DNA of 61,306 bases, filler included, from Circinaria calcarea (GCA_051942165.1; 12 parts of 12 records of this genome joined end to end with filler, not necessarily neighbours in it); one strand, 5' to 3'; numbered from the whole stretch's first letter, positions 11,325 through 23,202 are shown. A program made the numbers and translations. Notes: generated by a model not told the origin, from the letters alone.

Positions 11325-14300
11325 TCACATCCCCTTCATCAGCTCCTCCAACCCAATCGGCTTCCTTACCGCATTCGAAAAGCCTTCGTGATAACTCACC
11401 CACACCCTCCCTTGCTCCTTGCTCTTCTTCGCCTTCCCGTTCGCCGTCCCATTTCCTTCTGCCTCCGTTGACCCACGTCTCGCTTCGTTAACGATGATCC
11501 GGCCGAAGAAATCACGCTTGACGCCTGCGACCTTCTTGCTTGTTCCCGTGCCCTTTGCAGAAGACTTGCCCAAGTTTTCTTGATCTAGGTTTGGAGGCTT
11601 GGAGGTGAAGTTGGACTCGACAGGAGGAGAGTTGCCCGCCGTATATCGCGATTGACGGGCTTCTGCGCGCTGGCGGATGAGATGTTTTTGGTACTCTTGG
11701 TCGAGGACTTGGCGGATGGCGTAGCGGGCCGGAACTGAGGTTGAAATTGTTTGAGAGGCAGTATCGAAGGTTGCGAGGGTATCCAGTGGCCTGAACAATC
11801 GATTAGCAGATGTTTTTTTTTTTTGGTATTGCCAATCAAAGGCTACTCACGGCTCCATTCTGTACACAAAGCCACCAAACCCGCCTCTCGCATCTTCTAT
11901 CTTTGATCTTTCAAAGGTCACACTCACAGCACTCATGGCATCTACCGCCCTCCTCACCATAGCCCTTTCAGCTTCTTTCCTTACACTAGCTGTGCCTCTT
12001 TGCTCTCCGCTCCCACCAACGATCACGGGCTTCACGTCCGGCGTGAGCATCTTGAGAAGATGGGGAAGAAGATCAGTAGCAAGCTCCTCTGGAGAGCGAA
12101 AAGAGCGAAGAAGCGGGATTGAGAGAGAAGCTTGTAGCTGTTGTAGAAGCGAGCGGTTCGCTTTCTCTGCTTCGTAGGCAGAAAAGTCGGCTCGAGGGCC
12201 GGTGAACGGCGACGGTTCCTCTTGCTGGTCACCAGTCCGTTGGTCTTGCTGGTTGGTGCCCCACGAATGCTTAGCTGGAGCAGCGAATAGATAATGGAAG
12301 CCTAGGATCGACTGGCTGAGATAGGGATTCAACTCCCATTCCTGGCCGGCAAAAACTCGCGACGACAGAGCATCATGAAAGTTCAACCAGTCATACGCAG
12401 CATTTGGTTTGGATAGAAAGGTATCATCCTGGAAGGGGTGAGACGGGTAGGTTGCGAAGCAATCGGTTATTATTCGATCACATTCACCACAAGTGTCGAT
12501 GATCTCGCGAAGTCTCTCTATGGCTGTTCTTTTACCGAGTTCTGCAACGCCAATACTTTTGACAGTGCAGCCGTTGATTGCGTCTTCGAGAGGTAGCGAA
12601 GCGATTGATTTGGGAAAACCGGCGCCATCGAGGAACACACGATCAACAGCTTCTTTTGCGCCTCCTCGTCCGATACCTCTTGAACCCCCTCCTCCGTGAG
12701 CCAGGTCGTTTAGCATGTGCTTTTCGACCCATTGCTTTGTCAATCGAGGTTGGCTTCCGGTGACAGTCAAAGCACCTCGTATCTTACGAGCAACCCATTC
12801 TCCCACTACTAGAACACCTCGGATATCACCATCACCAGTGTTATTGGAATTTGAATGAGACTCCCTCCTATTGCTGATCCCCCAGGCCGCCTCGCATAGC
12901 CGCCTCACGCCATCGTTGTCGCTGGATATACCTTCTTTACCAAAGACAGTTTTCAGTCGAGCCACTACTTTGTCCAGAGGAGGTTTTCGGATATGAATGA
13001 TTTCTGCCATGTTGGAAGCTCGTAGGGGCCTTAAAGCTGGGTGATAGACGTCGTTGCAAATTAGAATCATTGGCCGCAGGAGACGAAACTGATCTCCTCT
13101 CTTTCCCTTTCTGGTGCTCGTTGGATGCAAAGAATTCAATCCAGCAGACTTCGAGTTCTTTTGGTCCAGTGCAACCAAATCAAGTAGAGCTTTGATGAAA
13201 CCTCCTTCTCCACCACCACTACTGCCACTGACAACGCCATCAACTTCATCGACAACCACACATACCGGTCTACCAGCTTTCCTGACAATTCCATCTGTGG
13301 TCTTCATATTCACCCCTCTTACATTTTCGGTGCCAACACTATCTCTAATCCTTCCTTTGACCACCTCTCGACTCCTCTCATCACTAGCATTGATTTCTAC
13401 CACTTCGTAGCCAGCTTGTCTAGCACATACGTGTGCCAAGGTTGTCTTTCCCAAGCCGGGTGGTCCAGTTAGGAGGAGTATCTTCCGATGTGGTCGATCT
13501 TCTGCAGTCTCTTCCTGGGCTTTACTCCGGGGCTTTGGTCTGCTGGCCGTGGGGAAGACAATAGGATCCCAACATTTCAGCCATCTAAGTACACTTCGAT
13601 GCGTTCGCTCATCGCCAACCAGATCTGTAAATCTCTTGGCACGGTATTTCTCGGTCCACATCATAGTCCGGCCTTTGCGGGATTTGTTGTTTGCCGGTTC
13701 TTCCACGGATGGCCGCGGGACCTCTCCTCTACTTACCGAAGATTTGCTTGGCAAATGAGTAGCCGTAGTCTTGGCCTCTTCAATCAGCTTATGTATTTCG
13801 ATGCCATAGAAACTTGTTTTTGCCCTCCCTGGAGCACTCTTGGACCGGGAGGCAATCAACTGTTCATATGATATTGCAGTCTTGACAACCTTTTTCCGTA
13901 GCGGAAATCTAATTCCACGTGCCGTCCGAATGAAATTGGTCAGCTCTCGGACGCTCTCATCGGTTTCCATATGGGTCAAGTTACCAGTCGGCATGACCGT
14001 AGGTAATGAGTCTGTAGCAGCCTCCTGCATGCTCTCGAACATTGCCATCACGCTTGGATCTGGCAAGTCCTCGACGTCGTCTTCAACAAAAGGTCCAAGC
14101 ACCTTTTTGAATAGTTCGTTTGATTTCCGCGGTGTTAGTGAGGCGAATAAGTTGGCCGCATTATTGGAAGCACCTATTGCTTCCTTGGCAGGAGCTATTG
14201 GCGACTCCCAGCCACCCACAAGTCTTCGTTTGGCTGGGGCGAAGGCATCTGCAGGACGAGTACGTTTACGATGTTCTTGAACTTGCGGAGGTGATGAACT

Positions 14301-14791
14301 TGGAGGGTAGGCGATTGGAGAGGAAGTGGAAGACATGCCAATGGCAGGTGGGGAGGAAGGTGGACAAGGTGGATCGGACGAGACACAAGGTTGGAAGAGC
14401 GGGTTGATGAATTTCGAGCCCTTGGAACACGGGGTATCTTATGAAGTCAGCATTCAGTAATATTTAAGCTCTGCACTTTGATGCCCACCAAATTCCGTAG
14501 AGGGGCCCATCTCTTTGTCTAATGGGGTGATCTGGAATACACAAGGGCAGCAAGCGAGTTCTCCAGCCTACCTAAAGGATAATCCTCTTCGCTCCTGAAG
14601 ACATCGGCAGTTTTCCACGCGCGGTGCTGTATCACGATCCCCTGCTTAGTCTTCGACGCGATGGTTTCTTCCTGAAGGGAATTTAAGGCCTCGAAATCAT
14701 CGGAATTGTTAGGTGTTGGTAAATGGGATTGGACCAGCTCTGAATGAAGATCGATTGCTGGATCAAAAGACGGAGGTAGCGTATCTGCCAT
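11325..14791 (-). CDS. CTF18: Chromosome transmission fidelity protein 18 (RFC-like clamp loader)
   Basis: WTEKYRAKRFTDL, Walker A GPPGLGKTT, EINASDERS, VVVDEVDG, RPMILICND, C-terminal VWVSYHEGFSNAVRKPI; introns 11791-11850 and 14438-14571, the latter joining the 14519-14791 ORF in frame. Confidence 0.93.
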
Positions 14792-15301
14792 ATTTATTTC
14801 TCAACCATTGAACAACGTAAAGTGGTTTCGTGTGAAGTCGCGACAAGGCGTGACTTTACTCCGTATTTGTCCGCTAACTCAAAATGGACTAGCTCAATTG
14901 TCAGAAGGAACGGTTTATGCCATTCCCAAATTGGAATTCCAGAGTCCATGTATGAACTCTTGCACCAGCCATCTCACCACGAACCTCCACCCAGCCACCC
15001 TTCATGCCTTGCTTCCTGCCAATTACCATGAGAAACCCCTTACATGCAACGCGCCGACTTCGACTACTTCTCAAGCTATCATTCCTGGCTCCCCATCCGA
15101 ATGGGCTATCCTCCCCTTGACACACTTCACATCCACTACTGCGACTTTGCCTATGAGCGCAAAGGTCCCTTTCGCATGGCGAGCACTAATATTGCCGATA
15201 CGACAGCTCGAGTGTTCGCAGAGTAAGTCTCCCTTCCTCCCGGGTGCGTCCGCGACCTTGTTGACCAACCAGAACCTATGCGCTCCAGACTTCTGTCCGG
15301 C

Positions 15302-15401
15302 NNNNNNNNNNNNNNNNNNNNNNNNNNNNNNNNNNNNNNNNNNNNTTAATTAATTAANNNNNNNNNNNNNNNNNNNNNNNNNNNNNNNNNNNNNNNNNNN
15401 N
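15302..15401. other. Artificial contig spacer
   Basis: N44-TTAATTAATTAA-N44. Confidence 0.99.
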
Positions 15402-16054
15402 GGTGGAGGATTGTGGGGTTGGAAGTGGAGGGGTGGAGAGGATGGTGGATACTACGGGAGATGTTAGATGATGAGTTTGGTTTGATGTGTATTGTGATAT
15501 GTCAACGAGAGCTTGCCTAAGTGCAATGGTGCCATTTGAGCCGACATTGATGTTGACCGCGTCGGTCTTTGGGGAGACCACGATTGAGTAAGGCTGCCGT
15601 TGGCGAGCAGTAATGTATGCTGTCTTCTGAGAGTAATCCTTCAGCCTGTGTCGATGAAGATAGAGGGAGAAGCTCTGTGCATGCTTGCGCATTGCCTCAT
15701 CCTATATGTAGGTATTTGTAATTGATCGTGAATTCAGGAAAATGTGAAGAACGGCCCTGTGAAATATTTGCCGGGCTAGCCTTATCGGTATCTCCCGTGA
15801 CGCCCTACCGAAAGCGTATTGAGCGAATTTTTGGTTTTGTTGAAGAATTCAAGCCAATGACGTTGGGGGTGAAGCTCGTGTTGCTTTGCGGATACTCTGC
15901 TGATGTGAATGATGACAAGTTGACACAAAATTTATGACCGAAGCTGAATAACATCATCTCCTCCCACCGTGTTGCTGTCCCTGGAATTTATCAGGAATAT
16001 CACCCTCAGCTTAAGTCTACAAGGTCCATCTGTTACAGCTCGGAGATAAGAAAC

Positions 16055-17050
16055 AGTAAGTCCATATGCCCCCCAAGAATGACTCTAGAAATTAGGGACG
16101 GAAAGAGGCTCGTGGATGACGATTTTGTAGTGGCACCAATCATCCATTGCGTCCGTCACGCTCAGGTACCGGAGAATCCTTCATTACCCTTGAATGTCGA
16201 TCACCTGCTGATCCGAAGCAGGGATATCATAACCTAGCCCTATCCAACCATGTCATGCCTGGTATGCGTCCTTCCGAAATTCTACATGTACCTCAATTCG
16301 TTCGAACATTCTGACTGCTTACCCAGATCCGAGCCTCACCCCACTGGGTGAAGAGCAATGCCATCGTCTCGCACAGAATTTCCCGTATCATAAATCCATC
16401 GAACTCCTTGTAGCATCCCCCCTCCGCCGAACCATTTACACCGCGCTCCTTGGCTTTGAGCCAGTAATCAAGAGAGGACTGAAGATCCTCGCCATGCCAG
16501 AGCTTCAGGAAACATCTAACCTACCTTGTGATACTGGCAGCAGCCGCGAAGTACTGGAAAGAGAATTTGGAGACAAGCCCGTAGACTTCAGCTTGGTACA
16601 CGACGACTGGAACAGCAATCAAGGAAAGTTCTTACCGCATGCCGTTGCCGTCGAGAAGAGAGCAGAAGAGGTCCGACAGTGGTTGAAAGCTAGGCCGGAA
16701 AAGGAGATTGTGATCGTTACGCATGGGGGCTTCCTCCACTATTTTACCGGGGATTGGTCGGATAGTGCACGCTTCGAGGGTCAGCTCCGTGTGTTTCATT
16801 AGGTATTTTCGTTGGCATGTGGACCTTTGACTGATGTTTGAGGATAGGCACTGGTTGGTCGAATACGGAGTTCCGGTCTTATCAGTTTTCAGACGAAACA
16901 GGCGACGACACCTCCTTGGTCGAAACCAAAGCGTCCAGAGATGGCCGCCGTGGAACCGAGAAACCACTTTCGAAAACAGAGCAGATGGAGCTGAGGGAGA
17001 CAACGAATAAGAGTTGGGAAAACAATGGTTATGTCCAGAGCAAGGTTTGA
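16055..17050 (+). CDS. Histidine phosphatase / phosphoglycerate mutase-like protein
   Basis: Spliced product MAPIIHCVRHAQGYHN..DPSLTPLGEEQC..VASPLRRTIYT..PELQE..PCDTGS..IVIVTHGGFLH..GTGWSNTEFRSY; four introns, the first (16056-16130) apparently splitting the ATG. Confidence 0.88.
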
Positions 17051-17721
17051 TGAGACGCAAGTGTTAGCATGGAGACCGGACTTTCCTCACTATGACCTAG
17101 GTAGAGGACAACAGGGACTAGACCGGTGAATACTGAGCAAAGCATCGAGGATGATCGAAAATGATATCACGGCCGGTTTTAATCGATAGACTATAAATGA
17201 TAGACGATAGAAACAGCATAGGTGGCTCAGTTGCAACAACAGATCACGAATCTGTCATATTTAGGACCACCATCTCCAACCATCTTCACGACGGCTGTAA
17301 TGATATCCGAGGTAAAAGGACGAGCATTCGGCCCGTCAGTAGAGTGAGGCATCGTTCCTATTCTGGCTATGGCGTTACTTGACTGTTTTATTATGAAGGA
17401 GCTGCCATGTACGGACCTGGAATCTCTTGTAAAATAAGTGACTTGCACCCCTGGCCACCGGCGGGCTAAGTTCGGAGCTGCCAAGCATCAGATCTCGCCC
17501 GATTGGGTGAAATAATTCGGAAATTTTCTCCAGTAATATCTTTGTAAAGGTGCGTGTAAAGCATAATGGTAGGCATAAGTAAGTATAACTATATACCCTT
17601 GTAGGCGTGATCACATGATTCTTTTCGTATTAACTTCCGCTAATTGAATGAAATTTCACATCGCTACTGCCAAGGAACAATACGTCCGTTCAATCAACCT
17701 AACTCCAACCACCTTGGCAAT

Positions 17722-18592
17722 ATGACTTCGACCCAAGCCCAAGCTGCAAAGCCCACGTTCATCTCCCCAGCCTTCCATGTAGACGCCGCCGGATTTCCGG
17801 ATGATCCCAACCCAGTTCATGAAGACGTCGTGGAAATTGTTTCAATACTCGAGGACGCGGGTATACCATGTTGCTTCATCAATGAGTATGCATTAATATA
17901 CTATGGTACCGGTCGGGTACAACACGTAGGAGCCCGCATTGAAATCCCAATGTGACAGAATCATAGACTGATATGACCATACTTCTTCTCAGGATCGAGT
18001 TCTATGCGTTCCAGATCATCATCACGGGAAAGCCACAAACCTCTTTGAATCACACAGTGACGTTTTAACGCCTTGGCGACCCTCTCCCATGCGCGGCAGG
18101 ACCATTCTGCTTCGGCCCTTTCCTCGCTTCAAGGCGACAAAATCGAACGACTTCTGGGTGCTTGTCACAGCGAGCTTTGCACATATACCTTGTGAGCCCG
18201 ACAATATTGAGAAAAGCAAAGGTGGCCTTCCGTATCCAAGCCTCGCAACTTACGCACAGAGTCTGCTTGAAACTCAGAACGATGTCGATCTAGAAGATCT
18301 GATCGATGGGATGAATCTATCTGAAGAATGGGGGGAGCAACACCTCGACCTTGATAAGAATACCGATGTTCAATGGGCCAGACGCCAAATTGCTGTCTAT
18401 GAAGAAGCCGGAATTGATGAGATGTTCGTCTTCTTAGATACCGAGCCGAGAAAGACGAGAGTAGATTGGCAGCGATTGAGCCGCAATAAGGAAGCTCGGA
18501 TCGGTATCAAGAAGTCTGCAGCGCGTTATGCAACCAGATTTCGCAAACATGGATCTAAAGATCCCCGATCTGTTCGAAGAAGTCTAATATAA
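17722..18592 (+). CDS. Uncharacterised fungal protein, possible degenerate nucleotidyltransferase fold
   Basis: Intron 17926-17992 joins two ORFs in frame; LEDAGIPCCFINEYALIYYGTGRVQHDRVLCVP..FPRFK..GLPYPSL..AQSLL..DLEDLIDGMNLSEEWG. Confidence 0.7.
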
Positions 18593-19285
18593 TCAGTACA
18601 TCACGCTTGGTTGCAGAACTAAGTCTTCCAAGGCCCATATTCCATTGAAAACCTAAATGAAGTCTAAACCCATAGCTCCAGCTAGCACTAGTTAGATACT
18701 AGCCCCAAGGAGCTTCTGCAATGTCAGACGCTCGTCTTCCAAGACATTACACGAATGCACTGACCTGGTTTATTTCTCATCGCATGGATGACCGCTAAAA
18801 CTAGAAAGCCATCACGATTGAGCATACTTCTTCTAAGAATTTTCTGTCCAATTTCGGTGTCAGATCTTGCCGTCGTATTTAGAATTTCAACGGTAGCTGC
18901 CATTCTACAACATCCTAATCTATAGCTGTATCTAGGCTCAAATTGAAACATCGCTGTTTATGTCCGTTCGCGGACACAGCGCGTAACGCTTCCTCCGATG
19001 AGCTGGTGTAACGGGTGACCTCTATACTAAAGATCAGTACTGCAATATCGCCAGTTCTTGGGTTAATTTGGGTGCTATCAGAACTGACGCTCGTCAATGC
19101 CCTGAAACAAAGAATAAGTGGAAGGGTTTAAATTTGGGCACGACCCGGTCCGATCCGAGCAAAATTCTGCTGGATGTAATGACGCACCCGGCAAGGCTGT
19201 GCCAAGAGGTATAGGCAGTATGCGTCGCAGGCGTACTAGTGGTACTGGACGTACTGGACGTGGGTTACGTTTATTACGTCCACCG

Positions 19286-19479
19286 TGTAAGGGCGCTGCG
19301 ACCCCTGTGTTATGGCGCCAGCACCATGACATGTACTAGGACCCGGTTAGGACTAGTGGCGCACGGAATAACCCTGTGCCGTGTGCTCAAGAACTGAGCA
19401 GCGTGAGCAGCGTGAGCAAAGATATATATAAGCAGACTGTTCGGCACTCTTTAGAACAGTATGCTTATAGAACCATAAC
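19286..19479. mobile_element. Family B LTR fragments: inverted end (19286-19307) plus 5' part (19308-19479)
   Basis: TGTTATGGCGCCAGCACCATGACATGTACTAGG and CTCTTTAGAA..ATGCTTATAGAACCATAAC are shared with 4441-4614. Confidence 0.75.
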
Positions 19480-19701
19480 TGTAAGGATCCTCTACAAATA
19501 GTATGATGATCTTACGAATAAGGGTCGGTAAACTGTGTGATAATAAGCTCAATAGGTTCGCGTAAGCGTATAAATTATTACTAAAGAATTCTGGTGTAAC
19601 GCTTCGCGAAGAAAATCTTTCTCGTTAAGCCAACATCTTGTGACTTCGGTGTATAATTCACCCGTAGGGTTCGTAGGGGTTCTCGGGTAGAGACCCTTAC
19701 A
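19480..19701 (+). mobile_element. Complete family A LTR
   Basis: TGTAAGGATCC...ACCCTTACA; full-length reverse-complement match to 664-883, differing mostly by transitions. Confidence 0.87.
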
Positions 19702-19867
19702 GTATTAGCTTAACGAGAAAGGTTTTCCTCACGAAGCGTTATATTAAAATTCTTTAATAATAATTTATATACTATACGAACCAATTGAGCACATTATCAC
19801 ACAATTTACCGACCCTTAATCGTAAGATCATACTATTCGTAAAGGATCCTTACATCCTCCCCCCTTT
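19702..19867 (-). mobile_element. Partial family A 3' LTR with polypurine tract
   Basis: Minus strand reads AAAGGGGGGAGGA immediately followed by TGTAAGGATCC; heavily C>T/G>A mutated. Confidence 0.8.
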
Positions 19868-20225
19868 GTAACAAGCTAGTTGGTTGCAAAGCGGTGTTAT
19901 TGTGTTTGTTATTACTGAATTGGGCTGGGGGAGGGAAGGGGAAGGAGAGTATGGGGTTGAGCATCTGCAAAGGCGGAGGCGAACTGTGATGAACGTTTAT
20001 TTATCAAAACAGTTGTCTGACCAGGTATAGTTAGTAGGGCGCCGTGGATGTTATGGGAGTGTAAACAATTATATTCCAAAAGGGGTTGCTTGCGCGTCGT
20101 GTGTTATAGAGGAGGTGCTTATGAATGGATAAAGTTGCGTGGGAGAAAGCCCAGAAGGCCGTAGCGCCCAGCCCCAAACGAGACTACCAAATAGAACTAA
20201 TCTCGAGAACCCAGATCATCGACCA

Positions 20226-20430
20226 CTAGGACAAGTCAAATAATCCCACCCATCTCTGCTTGCCCGCCGCCGGCAGGTCCGACAGAAATATTTTAATGTT
20301 ATCCGGATCGAGATCTGGTCCGGCGGCACGCGCTTCCTCGGTAAAGGTCCCGAGTAAGTATTGGATGTCGTCCCGATCACGAGCGGTCCGGCGGGTAGCA
20401 TAGACCCCCATTTTGCTGCGGAGGAGGTAC
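20226..20430 (-). CDS. 3' fragment of hypothetical protein (NTase-associated K..R..D..D C-terminal helices)
   Basis: Open from the contig end: YLLRSKMGVYATRRTARDRDDIQYLLGTF...; GC-rich coding-like composition. Confidence 0.5.
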
Positions 20431-20530
20431 NNNNNNNNNNNNNNNNNNNNNNNNNNNNNNNNNNNNNNNNNNNNTTAATTAATTAANNNNNNNNNNNNNN
20501 NNNNNNNNNNNNNNNNNNNNNNNNNNNNNN
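20431..20530. other. Artificial contig spacer
   Basis: N44-TTAATTAATTAA-N44. Confidence 0.99.
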
Positions 20531-20659
20531 CGGTCCCGGTGTACAAGCGCGCCTTTTTATCCGTGGTGGGTTTATATTATTGAAGAGACAAAGGTCAACC
20601 ACCCTCGGTCGTAGTTCTTGTTGTACCATCGGTTAGTGTTCTTAATCAATATTTCCTGG

Positions 20660-21650
20660 CCAGGGCTTCGAGCCCAAGGTGCGTGGACATATGACTTAAC
20701 CGTCGATGCTTATTCTGATCCATTCAGCCCAGAAGTATCTCCCGCCCTATTCGTACCCGTGACTATTTTAAATTCCACGTGTGCTGCCGAAAAGCGGATT
20801 TATATTCGACACGGAGGTGAGTTGGCAGCGCGAGCTCGACGACGCGGATTTTATAAGGCGGGGTTTTGATCCCCAATCCGAATTTCGACACCGCTGTATA
20901 CTTTCATTTGGCTGGCTATCGTGCGGCGAATGCTTGATCTCCCCGAGGATGATCGGGAGTATTCACCGAGCTTTTTCGATTGCCAACGCATCAACTGGGT
21001 AACCTTTGCCATTGAGGAAATCCATCCAACACTCAGACTTGATTGTGGACTTCACAAAGATAAGCGTCTGTCGTGGGTTATTGCGGATGATTTCGTCGAG
21101 GTCTACGATTGGTTCTTCGCGTCTATCGTCTCTGTTGGTTTGCCTGACTTCGTGGCGAACAGAGGAGCGGCGTGTCATGGATGCATCTGGGGTGTCATTT
21201 TTTCGAGTAACTTTGATTGTATAGTATCCTTCAGTCTTGAGGTATTCCCTTGCGTCTTCTTGTCGAGTCTATGCTGGAAACTTGGAGCAAAGAGTAATGT
21301 TGAGCAATTCGCTGTGGTGTCATGTGAGATGTGGCGCGTCGGAATGTCCGTCAGCACTGGCTTCCACTCTTCTCCCATTAACACATTTGCCTCTTCAAGA
21401 GTCATATACGATAAGGTATCACGCCGAGTCAGTAGATCCACGAGACGGCCAAAGGATGGCGATTGAGACATCACAACGTTGTGCTAGGTTTTCGAACCCG
21501 ACTCCTGTATTCAGGGCGTTCATCATATATAGCTGCGGTATTAAACGGGGTACGATAGCAAATTATTCGGCGGTTTCGAATACTGATATTGCCAACTAAC
21601 GCGTGGCACATAGTACTAAGGGCCTGAACAGATAACGGAGGTATCCCTAC
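20660..21650 (-). pseudogene. DEAD-box RNA helicase pseudogene, copy 2 (frameshifted)
   Basis: Fragments across frames: SVQAL..LAISVFETA, GRLVDLL..YMTLEEAN..EEWKPVL, TLLFAPSF, QTLIFVKS..FLNGKGYPVDA, SYVH; boundaries approximate. Confidence 0.7.
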
Positions 21651-22399
21651 TTCTATATAAAAATCGTTCTAAGTCTGTTTCCTTTTCTCGCAATCGTCTG
21701 GAAGACGTGACATGTTGATGGGTATTATCTCGAAACGAAAGCCACTTCAACTATACGCTCAGATGTTTCGTTTTCCTGGCGAGAATACTCATCGTCATCG
21801 TCAGTATGAGCAACTTCTATGTAGAAGTCGTTCTAGGTCTGTCCCTTGTTGTTGCGAGCATCGGGCTCACCATCAGGTGAAGAGGTACTGTCAAAAGCCG
21901 GTCTGACAGTATGTTGAGATGCCTTTGAACAGTTGGAGAGGCAGGGATCTGGGTTACCGCTTGAGGTCCGCTTGGAGTTAGATGGAGGGTTTTGGCTGGT
22001 GGGCATGACTGTCGAGTGGTGCGATAGGATGCTAGGGGCCGAATTGCTCGACAAGTAGGGCCCCTAGCCGTTGGCTCTCCTCGTTTGAAAACATCGCGAA
22101 GGTTGCTCGCATTGCCATGTCTGCGCGCTCGCCTTTTGTGCGGCGATGTTATGAAGGATGAGCGGTTGGAAAGGAGAGTTGAGAGGCAGAGATTTTGCTG
22201 CCGCTCGAAGCTTGCTTGAAGATAGATGGGGGAATAAGCAAGTCGGTAATATCTCATATATAACGGGCTGATGCCCACTCGGTTGATTACTCCAAGCGCA
22301 TACTTAGTAGGAGAAACAACAGACGGCTATGAGAAGCAAAAGGCCTTAAGATGTAAAAATATATAAAAACTTGTTTAGCTGTTATACAGCTTATAGCAA

Positions 22400-22830
22400 A
22401 TAGCAAGATCAAACGGTTTGCGGTGATATCGTATGGTATGCGCTGCGTGCGGATGTCCGTCAACACTGGCTTCCATTCTTGTCACATGAATGTATTTGCT
22501 TCTTCAAGTACGACATACAACAAGGTATTACAGTTGGGTGAGGTATCAAGGCGGGTCGGTATATCTACGAGGCGTCCAGGAGTTGCCACCAATATATCGC
22601 AGCCTTCCTTCAAACTCGATACCTGTCCTTGTATCGGACAGCCTCCGTACACCACAGCTGGTCGAATATGTGTATGGCGGCAGAGCTATACCGCTGTTTC
22701 AAAGATTTGTATTGCGAGTTGTCGAGTGGGACATAGTATCAGAGCTTGAATAGACGGAGGAGGTATGCGACGCCGCGCTAAGAGACGCGTGATGATTGGT
22801 ATCAGGTAGGCCAGAGTCTTTCCGGTTCCT
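22400..22830 (-). pseudogene. DEAD-box RNA helicase pseudogene, copy 1 (Ded1/Vasa-like N-terminal RecA domain)
   Basis: One frame: GTGKTLAYLIP..QALILCPTRQLAIQIFETAV*LCRHTHIRPAVVYGGCP..GCDILVATPGRLVD..YVVLEEANTFM*QEW; two in-frame stops; cut upstream by a TIR element. Confidence 0.85.
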
Positions 22831-23153
22831 AATATCATGTTCAGGGCCGCCAGTAGTCCAGCGGTCCGGACTGAACTGGCAGTCCGGACTGCAATCCAGA
22901 CTGCCAATTTACGCACTGTCAGTCACAGTCTAGGGTAGCTGGACTGGACTGGACTGTCAGTCTAGACTGCAGTCCAGGTATTAAATTTAAAAGAAATTAA
23001 TCGTAAGGAGAATAGTGGGTAGTTTTCGGAATTTTGAAGTCTTGGCAGTTCAGACTGCAGTCCAGACTACCAGTTGAGGGGTTTCGCAGATTTGTGTAAG
23101 AAGAAACTAGGTAAGAGCAGCCAATGAAATTTCTTATTAAGTGCTAAACCATA

Positions 23154-23195
23154 CTAGTGCAACATAGCTCCTGTGAAAGTTAACACAGGAGCTAT
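23154..23195 (-). other. 12-bp perfect hairpin followed by CTAG (Helitron 3'-end-like signature)
   Basis: ATAGCTCCTGTG-aaagttaa-CACAGGAGCTAT at 23164-23195; on the minus strand it is followed after 6 nt by CTAG then T. Confidence 0.4.
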
Positions 23196-23202
23196 CTCTT
23201 AA

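Noticed and set aside
15044..15301. Possible TOR kinase first exon (MASTNIADTTARVFAE then GTAAGT)
   Set aside because: A gene probably starts here, divergent from CTF18, but neither candidate acceptor yields TOR-like sequence and the contig ends; not identifiable
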